Origin: Ahniellaceae bacterium
Lineage (GTDB): Bacteria; Pseudomonadota; Gammaproteobacteria; Xanthomonadales; Ahniellaceae
Direction: 5' to 3'
NCBI GenBank assembly: GCA_044229785.1
Contig: JBGASK010000004.1
Location: forward strand, 138-64,137
DNA length: 64,000 nt
Positions 27,254 through 36,568 of this stretch are shown one piece after another. The notes beneath the pieces are model-generated. The model saw only the letters and a program-made list of their open reading frames with translations. It was not told the DNA's origin and did no database searches. The first letter of the stretch is position 1. Each line of letters begins with the position of its first letter. Both the position numbers and the translations under genes were made by a program.

Positions 27254-30200
27254 GACGCGGACTCGAAGTCGGCGAAACCGATCAGGTCGCGCAGCATCGT
27301 CGCGGTCGCGATCAGGGACTGCGCTTCGGCGCCGTGCGGATCGACCGGATCGATGCCGCGCGCCAGCCATTGCGCGTAGCCCGGTGCGTAGTCGCGCTCG
27401 CCGGTGCGATGCGAGCTCGACGTCCAGGCCGAATGCATGGCGGCGACGCGTTTGTCCTCGTCATGCGTGGCGGCGGCCCAGGCCGTCTTCGGCAGATAAG
27501 CGAGCGGTTGCCGTTCCGCGGTCTGCCACAGCGCGATCAGCCGCGACAGGCGGCGCTGCAGATCGTCGCGCCGTGCGATGGGATCGACCGCATTCAACAG
27601 CGCGTCCCAGCGCGGGGCCTTGTCCTTCTTCGGCATCGTCAGCAGGCAAACGCGCAGCGGCTGTTCGGGATATGCCAGTCGCAGCAATGCCCATTCGATG
27701 AACAGCGGCAAGCGCGCGCGAAAGTCGAGATCGGCCATCGCCTTGTCCGGAAAGGCATCGAACAGCAGCCATCCGCGCGCACCGGCGTGGACACGCGCCA
27801 CCGTGCCCTGCACGCGGTGGGCGCCGATCGTGCGGTCGATGGCAACGGGTGCGCGCGGCGGCAGGCCGCGGGCGAGATCCGGATCGTCGGCGGCGACCTG
27901 GAGCAGGGCGTCGACCTTGTCGGCCATCGCCCGATACGCCTGCCGCCCGAGCGCGCCGGCCGGCAACTGTCCGGACAACCGCAGCCAGTCCGGCGCCTGC
28001 GCCGGCGCCGCGAATTCGCCGCGGGCCAGCAACATCGTCAGCAGCCGCTGCGGCAATCGTGCCTGCGGGTCGGGCGTCGCCGTCAGCGGTTCGCGCTGCG
28101 CCGCCTGATCGGCATCGAGTGCATCCAGACGCAGCTTCAGGCGGTCGCGCAGCAGATCGGCCGCGGGGTCGCGGAAATAACGCAGCAGGCGCGCCAGCGG
28201 CACGACATGTGCGTGGTCGCTGCCTGGCGCCGGCCGTTCGCGCGCGACGAAGCGTTCGGCGTCGGTGTCCTGCACGCGCACCATCGCCGCGTATTCGCGA
28301 CTGAAGCTCGACAGGCGCGGATCGCGACCATCGAAACAGGCGTCGTCGAAGGGTTGCAGCGGGTGTGCGACGAACCACGGCCGTGCGTCGCCGAGGCGCG
28401 ATGCCAGCCAGGCCAGCAGTTCCGCCAGCGGCGCCGCCGGATTGCGCGGCTTGCCGTCCTGCGCACCTTCGTGGTGGTAGCTCAGGTGCAGGCGGGTGCG
28501 CGCCGCCATCACGGTCTCGAGGAACAGGTAGCGATCGTCGTTGCGCGTGTCGCGGTCGCCGATGCGGGCGTGGCGCGGCATCAGGTCGAGGCCGTCGTCG
28601 TGGCCGATGCGCGGAAACTCGCCGTCGTTCAGACCGAGCACGGCGATCAGGCGGAACGGGATCGAGCGTTGCGGGACCATGCCGCAGAAGGTGATGCCGC
28701 CGAGCAGGAACGGCTGCCGTTCCGGCACGCGCACCAGCGCTTCGTCGACCAGGCTGCAGATGCTGGCGTGAGCAAGTTCCGGATCCGCGCCGGCGGCGCG
28801 GAACTGTTCGCGCAAGGCCCGCATCGTGGCCTGCAGGCCGGCCAGGGCCGTGCTCTCGTGCACGTCGCCGGGGTCGGCCTCGAACAGGTTCGCGAGCAAG
28901 GCCTCCATGCGCGTGCACCACTGCGTGGCCCTGGACGTGCCGCGCGCGGCGTCGCACCAGGCGGCGATCTGCGACAGCAAACGATCGAGCGCGCCGAGCG
29001 CGGCCACCGACACGCCCTGCACTCCGGCCACGGGCCACAATCCGGTGTGCGCGGCGGTCGCCTCGGGCACATCGTCGCCGTAGACGTGACCGGCGACCAA
29101 TCGCGCCAGACCCCAGGCGAAGCTGTGTTCGGCATAGGCGGGCAGGCCCATGCGTTCGCGCGCGTGGGCGTCCAGACCCCAGGCGACGCGGGCGTCGTCG
29201 AGCCAGCGTCGCAGCGCGTCGAAGCCGTCGTCGTCGAGCCGCAGCGCGCGCCGGATCGCATCGACCTGCAACAGATCAAGCACCTGCGCGGCCTCGATGC
29301 GCGAGCGCGGCAGTTGCAGCAGCGCCAGGAACGCGTCGAACAGCGGATGCGCGCGCCGCAGGGCCAGATCGGCACAATGCCAGGGCAGGTCGGACTCGGC
29401 GTGTCCGGCCGGCCCGAAGATGGCCGGCAGCAGCGGCGCGTAGGCAGCGATGTCGGGCGCCATCACGACGATGTCGCCGGGTTTCAGCGCCGGATCGGCA
29501 GCGAGCGCATCGAGCAGGGCGTCGCGCAGCACTTCCAGTTCGCGGACGCGGGTATGACAGCCGTGCACGCGCAGGCTGGCGTCGCGCAGCGGATCAGTGT
29601 CGACGGGTGCGGGCAGGTCGTTGCGCAACAGGCGGATGCCCTGCTGCAGCCATGACAGGCGGTCGACGACCGCGGCGGCGGCTTCGTCGTCGTCGCCGTC
29701 GCGCACGTCGGCGACGAGGTCCTGCGCCTGCTCCAGCAAGGCCAGTCCGAAGTGCTGGCCAAGTCGTCCCCAGGCGGCGAGCAGCGGATGACCCAGGGTT
29801 TGCAGTTCGCGTTCGGCGGCGTCGCCGGCGCCGAGGTGCTGCAAGCGTGCCAGGCGGGCGTGATCGTCGCCGAGGCCGGCCCAGTACTGCACGCAGGGAT
29901 CGGGGAAGTACAAACAGACCAGGCGATGCCGCGCTTCCGCGCACAACACCGCGAATTCGCCGGCGGGCAGATGGCTGAGCCCGAACACGTGCAGCGGCGC
30001 TTCGATGCGCGTTTCGGGTTCGGTCGCGCGGCGTTGCTGTGCGAACCTGGCCAGCAACACGCCGCGGTGCTCGCCCGCGAGTCCGCGTCGCAGCTGTCGC
30101 CACAATGGCGCCAGGAAATGGCGCGTCGGCACGCTGTCGCGGCCCTGCTCCCACGCCGACAGCCAATCCGGGCGATAGACCAGATAACGCGAATAGATCG

Positions 30201-30633
30201 CGGCGATGCGGTCGGCCAGCAGGAAGCGCCGATGCGCGTCGGCGCCGGCGAGGTAACGATGCAGCCGCATGTCGTCGACCGCATCAAGCGCGCCCAGCAC
30301 CGCCCAGCGCAGGGTGTCGCGGCGATACGGCGTCAAGGTCGCGGCCGGCGTCCCCAGTCGCGCCTGCATCTGTTCGTCCAGCCAGCTGCCCGGCAGTTGC
30401 ACCGCGAGATTGGCGACGACGTCGCCGGCACCGCGGCGCAGGGCCAGTTCGCGCGTCAGCCAGCGCTGGATGCCGGGATGCGCCGCAAGCACGCGCTGCG
30501 GCGCGAGCACGTCGTCCGGCGGCCACGCGTCGAGCAGCGCTTCCAGCGGCGACAGCAAGGCTTCCAGCCGACTGGCGCGATACACGCGCAGACCGCGCAG
30601 CACTGCATCCTTGTCGGCCTTGCCTGTGTCCAT
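27250..30633 (-). CDS. recC: Exodeoxyribonuclease V gamma subunit RecC
   Basis: Start taken at MDTGKADKDAVLRGLRVYRASRLEAL (typical RecC N-terminus), giving 1127 aa. The ORF-track extension upstream is R-rich and non-homologous. Confidence 0.9.
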   Translation of the reverse strand: MDTGKADKDAVLRGLRVYRASRLEALLSPLEALLDAWPPDDVLAPQRVLAAHPGIQRWLTRELALRRGAGDVVANLAVQLPGSWLDEQMQARLGTPAATLTPYRRDTLRWAVLGALDAVDDMRLHRYLAGADAHRRFLLADRIAAIYSRYLVYRPDWLSAWEQGRDSVPTRHFLAPLWRQLRRGLAGEHRGVLLARFAQQRRATEPETRIEAPLHVFGLSHLPAGEFAVLCAEARHRLVCLYFPDPCVQYWAGLGDDHARLARLQHLGAGDAAERELQTLGHPLLAAWGRLGQHFGLALLEQAQDLVADVRDGDDDEAAAAVVDRLSWLQQGIRLLRNDLPAPVDTDPLRDASLRVHGCHTRVRELEVLRDALLDALAADPALKPGDIVVMAPDIAAYAPLLPAIFGPAGHAESDLPWHCADLALRRAHPLFDAFLALLQLPRSRIEAAQVLDLLQVDAIRRALRLDDDGFDALRRWLDDARVAWGLDAHARERMGLPAYAEHSFAWGLARLVAGHVYGDDVPEATAAHTGLWPVAGVQGVSVAALGALDRLLSQIAAWCDAARGTSRATQWCTRMEALLANLFEADPGDVHESTALAGLQATMRALREQFRAAGADPELAHASICSLVDEALVRVPERQPFLLGGITFCGMVPQRSIPFRLIAVLGLNDGEFPRIGHDDGLDLMPRHARIGDRDTRNDDRYLFLETVMAARTRLHLSYHHEGAQDGKPRNPAAPLAELLAWLASRLGDARPWFVAHPLQPFDDACFDGRDPRLSSFSREYAAMVRVQDTDAERFVARERPAPGSDHAHVVPLARLLRYFRDPAADLLRDRLKLRLDALDADQAAQREPLTATPDPQARLPQRLLTMLLARGEFAAPAQAPDWLRLSGQLPAGALGRQAYRAMADKVDALLQVAADDPDLARGLPPRAPVAIDRTIGAHRVQGTVARVHAGARGWLLFDAFPDKAMADLDFRARLPLFIEWALLRLAYPEQPLRVCLLTMPKKDKAPRWDALLNAVDPIARRDDLQRRLSRLIALWQTAERQPLAYLPKTAWAAATHDEDKRVAAMHSAWTSSSHRTGERDYAPGYAQWLARGIDPVDPHGAEAQSLIATATMLRDLIGFADFESAS

Positions 30634-30793
30634 CGAACCCGATCCGCCGCGATCGCACCCACCATAGGCGCAGACCCGCATCGCGGCAACCGGCGCAGTC
30701 TCCCGATGCCGCGTCTCGGGATCTGAGACGCGGATGCGGACACTGCGCGCACCGGTTCTCCGGTTGCTGCTTCGACCGCCACGGTCGACTTGC

Positions 30794-30829
30794 GCCCGCG
30801 CCGGGCAGCCGGCGCGGGCCTTTTTCTTT
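30794..30829 (+). terminator. Strong intrinsic-terminator-like hairpin on the plus strand with no upstream plus-strand gene
   Basis: GCCCGCGCCGG-gcag-CCGGCGCGGGC followed by CTTTTTCTTT. A second 9-bp hairpin, CCGCGTCTC-N7-GAGACGCGG, lies at 30709-30733. Confidence 0.55.
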
Positions 30830-30860
30830 GGGCGCCTGCCTTTGGGCCATCCCGGAAACA

Positions 30861-30876
30861 TGTGATAACTTTCACA
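30861..30876. promoter_or_regulatory. Perfect CRP/Clp-type palindrome TGTGA-N6-TCACA
   Basis: TGTGAtaacttTCACA read directly, 80-95 bp upstream of the ATG at 30956. Confidence 0.5.
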
Positions 30877-30955
30877 ATTGAGGCCATCCGTGCGCCATGA
30901 CCACGGCGGTTTCTTCAACCAAATCCAACCATTCATCATCGCTTGGGGAAGTGAC

Positions 30956-32749
30956 ATGAAGTTCATCACTGCACGGCTTGCCGGGGCCGTCGTCGTCGGT
31001 CTGGGTCTGTACGCAGGCGCGGCTTCGGCCGAAATCGACAAACTCGCGACGTACGCCCAGATGCGCGGCATTGCCGGGGAACTGCAGGCGCTGCGCGGCA
31101 ATACCGCGGAGCAAGGGCGTTACACCCAGCTCCAGTCCCAGTTCGACGCGCTGCAGGCCTCGATGGGCGGCGATGATCCGACCCGCATGTACGAAGCCGG
31201 CGCGCGTGCCGCAGCCGCGGCCAAGGCCGTGCGCGCGGCACCCCCGGCGCCGACGGGCATGACGATCGGAACGACCACCTCGACCAACAGCACGCCGACG
31301 GCAGTGGCCGATGTGGGCGTGATCACGTCCACGATCACCATCGCCGGCGCCGGCACCTATCTGTGGGATGTGGATGTCACGACGGGCCTGCAGCACACCT
31401 TTGCGGCCGACCTCGACGTCACCCTCACCTCGCCCGCCGGCACGGTGGTCACATTGACGACCGACAACGGTGCCGGCAACGACAACATCTTTGACGGGAC
31501 CGTCTGGGACGACCAGGGCGGCACACCGACCACGGACTTCGTCTACGCAAACCTCACGACCGCCACGCCGCTGGTGCCGGAAGAAGCCCTGGGCGCCTTC
31601 CGCGGCGAAGACCCGAACGGCACCTGGACCATCACCATCAGCGATGACTTGTCGGGCGATACCGGTTCGCTGAATTCGTGGACGCTGGATCTGTTCACGC
31701 TGCCGATCGCGCCGATCAACACCACGGCGACCTTCAGCAATGCAACGCCGACGACCATCAACGACGTGGCCACGAACACATCGACGATCACCGTTTCCGG
31801 CGCCGGGACATCGCTGACCGCGTTGGATCTCACCACGGCCATCCAGCACACCTTTGCCGCCGACATGGACATCACCCTGACCTCGCCGGCCGGGACGGTG
31901 GTCACGCTGAGCACGGACAATGGCGCCGGCAACGACAATGTCTTTGACGGCACGAATTGGGACGACGACGCCAACCCGGCTGGCCAGGTGCCCTACACGA
32001 CCAACAACGGCGTGGCGACCGATAACGCCTACGTCAACCTGACCGCGGCGACGCCGCTGGTCGTGGAAGAAGCCCTGTCCGCGTTCATGGGCGAAGATCC
32101 CAACGGCGTATGGACGCTGACCATCGTCGACGATCTGACGGGTGATACCGGAACGTTGAACAGCTGGTCGCTGGACGTCACCACCGGCGTCGGCTGCGCC
32201 ACCCTGACCTGCCCGGCCAATGTCACGGTCGGCAATGCGGCCGGCACCTGCGGTGCCATCGTGAACTATCCGGCACCGACCGCCGATGCCGCGTGCGGCA
32301 CCGTCACCTGCGTGGCCGCGAGCGGCTCGACCTTCGGCGTGGGCGCCAACACCGTCACCTGCACGACGGCCGTGGGCAACCTCAGCTGCAATTTCAGCGT
32401 GACGGTCAACGATGCCGAGGCGCCGGTCGTGATCTGCCCGGCCGACATCGCGTTGGACCAGATCCCCGGCCAGGCGACCCTGCCGGTGACCTATCCCGCG
32501 CCGACGGTGTCGGACAACTGTCCGGGCGCCACCGCCGCCTGCAATCCGGCCAGCGGTTCGCCGTACTCGGTGGGCACCACGGCGACCACCTGCACGGCGA
32601 CCGACGCTGCGGCCAACACCGCCGCTTGCGCGTTCAACGTGACCGTCGGCGCCTTCATCCCGAACACGCCGATCCCGTCGTTGAGCCTGGCCGGCGTCCT
32701 CCTGCTGGCCCTGCTGGTGATTGGTCTGGCGTTCCCGGGCCGTCGCTGA
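30956..32749 (+). CDS. Surface/secreted protein with two proprotein-convertase P-domains, HYR-like domains and an IPTL-CTERM-type sorting tail
   Basis: Signal peptide MKFITARLAGAVVVGLGLYAGAASA. Two copies of ...HTFAADLD(V/I)TLTSPAGT.V.L..DNGAGNDN.FDGT.WDD...GEDPNG.WT.TI.DDL.GDTG.LNSW.L. Then Cys-paired CPA..V...Y.AP...D.C units (HYR-like). C-terminus IPSLSLAGVLLLALLVIGLAFPGRR. Confidence 0.8.
   Translation: MKFITARLAGAVVVGLGLYAGAASAEIDKLATYAQMRGIAGELQALRGNTAEQGRYTQLQSQFDALQASMGGDDPTRMYEAGARAAAAAKAVRAAPPAPTGMTIGTTTSTNSTPTAVADVGVITSTITIAGAGTYLWDVDVTTGLQHTFAADLDVTLTSPAGTVVTLTTDNGAGNDNIFDGTVWDDQGGTPTTDFVYANLTTATPLVPEEALGAFRGEDPNGTWTITISDDLSGDTGSLNSWTLDLFTLPIAPINTTATFSNATPTTINDVATNTSTITVSGAGTSLTALDLTTAIQHTFAADMDITLTSPAGTVVTLSTDNGAGNDNVFDGTNWDDDANPAGQVPYTTNNGVATDNAYVNLTAATPLVVEEALSAFMGEDPNGVWTLTIVDDLTGDTGTLNSWSLDVTTGVGCATLTCPANVTVGNAAGTCGAIVNYPAPTADAACGTVTCVAASGSTFGVGANTVTCTTAVGNLSCNFSVTVNDAEAPVVICPADIALDQIPGQATLPVTYPAPTVSDNCPGATAACNPASGSPYSVGTTATTCTATDAAANTAACAFNVTVGAFIPNTPIPSLSLAGVLLLALLVIGLAFPGRR
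31300..32180 (+). repeat. Tandem intragenic duplication (two P-domain modules, period 453 bp)
   Basis: The anchor string cagcacacctttgc occurs at 31391 and 31844. The surrounding about 130 nt align with only scattered substitutions. Outer limits are approximate. Confidence 0.7.
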
Positions 32750-32776
32750 GTCGCGGCGCCTTCATCCATGACCTCG

Positions 32777-32812
32777 AGGGCGGCCGCAGCGATGCGGCCG
32801 CCCTTTGTCTTT
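32777..32812 (+). terminator. Rho-independent terminator after the IPTL-CTERM protein gene
   Basis: AGGGCGGCCGC-agcgat-GCGGCCGCCCT followed by TTGTCTTT. Confidence 0.7.
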
Positions 32813-32867
32813 GGGCGATGGCCGGAGCGGGCTTGCGTGGCGCGAAGCCGACCCCACACCTGAGGCC

Positions 32868-33683
32868 ATGATCGATCTCACCCCGCCGCCGCCGCCGACT
32901 GCGGCCCAATTGCGTGCCGACGCGCAGCGCTTTCATCGCGTGCTGATCGGCGTCGCCCTGTTCGTCGTCGGCTTGGCCGCGTTGTGGTGGGCCGAACATC
33001 GCTTCAATCTCGACCTGCGTGGATTCTCGATCCATCCGCGAGATCCCGAATTCCTGGTGGGCGTGCTCACGGCGCCGCTGCTGCACGGCTCGCTGGAACA
33101 TCTGCTCGGCAACAGCTTCGGCCTGTTCATCCTCGGCACCTTGACGCTCTATCGCTATCCGCAAAGCGCGCGCATTGCGGTGCCGCTGTTGTGGCTGATC
33201 GCGGGCCTCGGCACCTGGCTGATCGGGCGCAGCTCCTTCCACATCGGCGCCAGCGGCGTGACCCATGGCCTGATGTTCTTCGTCTTCGTGTCCGGCCTGA
33301 TCCGCCGCGATCGCACCTCGATCGCTGCCGCCCTGCTCGCCTTCGCCTTCTTCGGCGGCATGCTCGTCACCATCCTGCCGCGCGAACCCGGCGTGTCCTG
33401 GGAATACCACCTGAGCGGTGCAATCGGCGGCGTGTTGGCCGCGGTGCTGCTGCGCAAGCGTGACCCGGCTCCGCCACGACGCAAATACTCGTGGGAGATC
33501 GAGGAAGAACTCGAACGCGAAGCCGAACGCCTGCGCGCCGAAACCGAACTCCCGAGCCCCGACCACGTCACCCCGATCTGGGACGGCCCCACCCGCCCCG
33601 ACGACCCGCGCAACGACCCCCGCCGCGGCATCGTCATCGTCTTCCCGCACCGCGAGCGCGGGGCGGATGAGCGCTTGCATTGA
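32868..33683 (+). CDS. Rhomboid-family intramembrane serine protease
   Basis: Internal ATG after GAGG. H-x4-H-x3-N motif (HGSLEHLLGN), catalytic GASG, and the TM6 His (YHLSGAIGG). Acidic/basic hydrophilic C-terminal tail. Confidence 0.8.
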   Translation: MIDLTPPPPPTAAQLRADAQRFHRVLIGVALFVVGLAALWWAEHRFNLDLRGFSIHPRDPEFLVGVLTAPLLHGSLEHLLGNSFGLFILGTLTLYRYPQSARIAVPLLWLIAGLGTWLIGRSSFHIGASGVTHGLMFFVFVSGLIRRDRTSIAAALLAFAFFGGMLVTILPREPGVSWEYHLSGAIGGVLAAVLLRKRDPAPPRRKYSWEIEEELEREAERLRAETELPSPDHVTPIWDGPTRPDDPRNDPRRGIVIVFPHRERGADERLH

Positions 33684-33718
33684 TCAGGCGCGCCGCGACA
33701 TCACGCACGAACACCGTC

Positions 33719-34057
33719 ATGCCGTCGACGTTCCAGGCGAACCGCCCGGTCGCGTATTTCGTGAAATGCTGGCTGCATTCGGATGCCGAAGCCGAGCTCG
33801 GCGACGCCGCCGAGCACTACGCCAGGCAGGCCAGCCCGGTCATCGCGGAAGCGTTCCTGGCCGAGTTCGAGCGCGTGGTCGGTCTGCTCGTCGAGAATCA
33901 GTATCGCTGTCCACATGGCGACGCCGATCTGCGCGTATTTCATTGTATTGACCCCGCCGAGGCACAACGACGAGACTCGGCGCGATCACGGTTTCGGCCC
34001 GCATCGTTCGGCCACGCAGTGATCGCCATTCACTCAAGAGCGGAGGATCACCGATGA
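33719..34057 (+). CDS. RelE/ParE-family toxin-like protein, possibly degenerate; no antitoxin gene seen
   Basis: [44 protein letters not shown]...LRVFH and the terminal VIAIHSRAE fit the ParE/RelE pattern. The middle (expected RFPY..Y block) does not. The stop overlaps the aqpZ start (ATGA). The start codon is uncertain. Confidence 0.35.
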   Translation: MPSTFQANRPVAYFVKCWLHSDAEAELGDAAEHYARQASPVIAEAFLAEFERVVGLLVENQYRCPHGDADLRVFHCIDPAEAQRRDSARSRFRPASFGHAVIAIHSRAEDHR

Positions 34058-34743
34058 AGGCTTACGGCGCAGAGTTTTTCGGGACGTTCTGGTTGGTGCT
34101 GGGCGGATGCGGCAGCGCGGTGCTGGCCGCGGCGTTTCCCGAGGTCGGCATCGGTTTGCTCGGCGTATCGTTCGCCTTCGGCCTCACCGTCCTGACGATG
34201 GCCTACGCGATCGGGCACATTTCCGGCTGTCATCTCAATCCTGCGGTGTCGGTCGGGCTCTGGGCCGGCGGTCGTTTCCCCGCCGACAAGCTGTTGCCCT
34301 ACATCGTCGCGCAGGTGCTCGGCGGCATCGCCGCGGGCGGCGTGCTCTACGTGATCGCCAGCGGCGCGCCCGGCTTCGACGTATCGGCAGGCTTCGCCTC
34401 GAACGGCTTTGCCGAACACTCGCCCGGCGGCTACTCGATGGTGGCGGCGCTCGTCACCGAAGTGGTGATGACGATGTTCTTCCTGCTCGTCATCCTCGGC
34501 GCCACCGACAAGCGCGCACCCGCGGGCTTCGCACCCATCGCCATCGGCCTGTGCCTGACCCTGATCCATCTCATCAGCATTCCGGTGACCAACACCTCGG
34601 TGAATCCGGCACGCAGCACCGGCGTTGCACTCTTCGTCGGCGACTGGGCATTGGCCCAACTCTGGCTGTTCTGGGTCGCTCCCATCGTCGGCGCCGCACT
34701 TGGCGCCTTCGCTTATCGCGCCATCAGCGACGAACCGAACTGA
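34054..34743 (+). CDS. aqpZ: Aquaporin Z
   Basis: [15 protein letters not shown] and two NPA boxes ([13 protein letters not shown]). 229 aa. Confidence 0.93.
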   Translation: MKAYGAEFFGTFWLVLGGCGSAVLAAAFPEVGIGLLGVSFAFGLTVLTMAYAIGHISGCHLNPAVSVGLWAGGRFPADKLLPYIVAQVLGGIAAGGVLYVIASGAPGFDVSAGFASNGFAEHSPGGYSMVAALVTEVVMTMFFLLVILGATDKRAPAGFAPIAIGLCLTLIHLISIPVTNTSVNPARSTGVALFVGDWALAQLWLFWVAPIVGAALGAFAYRAISDEPN

Positions 34744-34880
34744 GACTCGCGCGGCGGGGTCATCTTCCTTCGACCGATCCAAGCCGGATGCGCCAAATCA
34801 TGAGCTTGCGCCATTGATGCACCCATTGACGCCCATTTGCACCCTCGAAGAATGGGTGTAAATGGGCGTACCATTGGGTC

Positions 34881-35957
34881 ATGCTCTGCACCGACAGCCT
34901 CCAGATCACCCCTGAGATCCTGGCGCTCATCGCCCGGATCGATGAATTCAAGGGCGCTTGGCGCGCCCTGGGCACGTTGGCGCCGGACCGGCTTTCGGCG
35001 CTGCGCCGCGTGGCCACCATCGAAAGCATCGGTTCATCCACACGCATCGAAGGCAGCAAGCTCAGCGACCGGGAGGTCGAACGCCTGCTGTCCAACCTCG
35101 CCATCCAGCAGTTCGAGACGCGTGACGCGCAGGAAGTCGCCGGCTACGCCGAACTGATGGACTTGATGTTTCGGGCATGGGCGGACATTCCGCTCAACGA
35201 GAATCACATCAAGCAGTTCCACCAGATCCTGCTGCAGCACAGCCGGAAGGATGAACGGCACCGAGGCCACTACAAGGCGGGCTCGAACAGCGTCGCGGCC
35301 TTCGACGAGAACGGCGTGCAGATCGGCATCGTGTTCGAGACGGCGACGCCGTTCGACACGCCACGCTTGATGGCCGAGTTAGTCACATGGGTCGACGCCG
35401 AGCGCACGAAGGCACACGACCCGACGCAGCTTCATCCTCTGCTGACCATCGCCATCTTCGTCGTCGTATTCCTGGAGATTCATCCGTTCCAGGATGGCAA
35501 CGGGCGCTTGAGCCGCGTGCTCACGACCATGCTGCTGCTCCAGGCCGGCTATGCCTACGTTCCGTACAGTTCGCTGGAAAGCGTGGTGGAAGCGAACAAG
35601 GAGGCCTACTACCTGGCGCTGCGGCAGACGCAGGGAACGATCCGCACCGACACGCCGAACTGGCAACCGTGGCTGCTGTTCTTCCTGCGCTCGCTGGCCG
35701 AGCAGGTGCGCCGGCTGGAGAAGAAGATCGAGCGCGAACAGATCGTGTTGGCCGCGTTGCCTGCGCTGTCGTTGCAGATCGTCGAGTTCGCTCGTGAGCA
35801 CGGCCGCATCACCATGGCCGAGGCCATCAAGCTGACCGGCGCGAGCCGCAACACCTTGAAGCAACATTTCCGCGATCTGGTCGAGCGCAAGCACCTCGAC
35901 CAGCACGGGCGCGGGCGCGGTGCGTGGTATGGATTCCACCTCACTTCGCCGCCATGA
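34881..35957 (+). CDS. Fic-family protein, class II (N-terminal inhibitory helix), with C-terminal winged-helix
   Basis: Fic motif HPFQDGNGRLSR, N-terminal inhibitory motif STRIEG ([ST]xxxE[GN]), and C-terminal HTH-like ITMAEAIKLTGASRNTLKQHFRDLV. Confidence 0.85.
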   Translation: MLCTDSLQITPEILALIARIDEFKGAWRALGTLAPDRLSALRRVATIESIGSSTRIEGSKLSDREVERLLSNLAIQQFETRDAQEVAGYAELMDLMFRAWADIPLNENHIKQFHQILLQHSRKDERHRGHYKAGSNSVAAFDENGVQIGIVFETATPFDTPRLMAELVTWVDAERTKAHDPTQLHPLLTIAIFVVVFLEIHPFQDGNGRLSRVLTTMLLLQAGYAYVPYSSLESVVEANKEAYYLALRQTQGTIRTDTPNWQPWLLFFLRSLAEQVRRLEKKIEREQIVLAALPALSLQIVEFAREHGRITMAEAIKLTGASRNTLKQHFRDLVERKHLDQHGRGRGAWYGFHLTSPP

Positions 35958-36568
35958 ATGCATGAACGCGCAACATCACCGGCGTCGGGCGTTTCATCCG
36001 CGAGAAGTCGATGTCGAGGCCGGCTTCAACATCGGCCGGAATGAGATGGGGGCATCCCACTTTCGCGTTTGCGACGCAGACTCCAGTCGGCAAACTTGTA
36101 TCGCGCGATTACCCTTTCCTTGATCGCCGCAGTTCATGCGAGCAAGATCGGGGCCAGTTCTTCTACAGCTTCGTTAGACGGCATGTCGAAGTCTTCCCAC
36201 AAGAACGCCGCGCTCGATTCAACACGACCGCTCTCTCACCGCGCATCGCACGCGCGCTCGTTCGGCAATCACGTTGCTGCGAACCTCGGCATTTCCCGAG
36301 AGCAACTTTTTCAGCGCGTCGAAACGGACACGGGTGTGGAACTTGAGGCGCCGGGCACTGAAGAAAAGCTGCTCATCGCAATGCACTACATGCAGGCTCA
36401 GTGCCGTGCGGCCGTCTAACCACGTGTCTATGGACTCCTCCCCCACGTCAAGCTGATTGATGCTGATTTGCATCATCACGGTTGGATCGGTGCAGTCGTC
36501 TATCCGTCCTCGACGTGGCGGGATCAACCGCCGGGACATCATGGGATCCGCAGGTGCATTCGCAAGGG

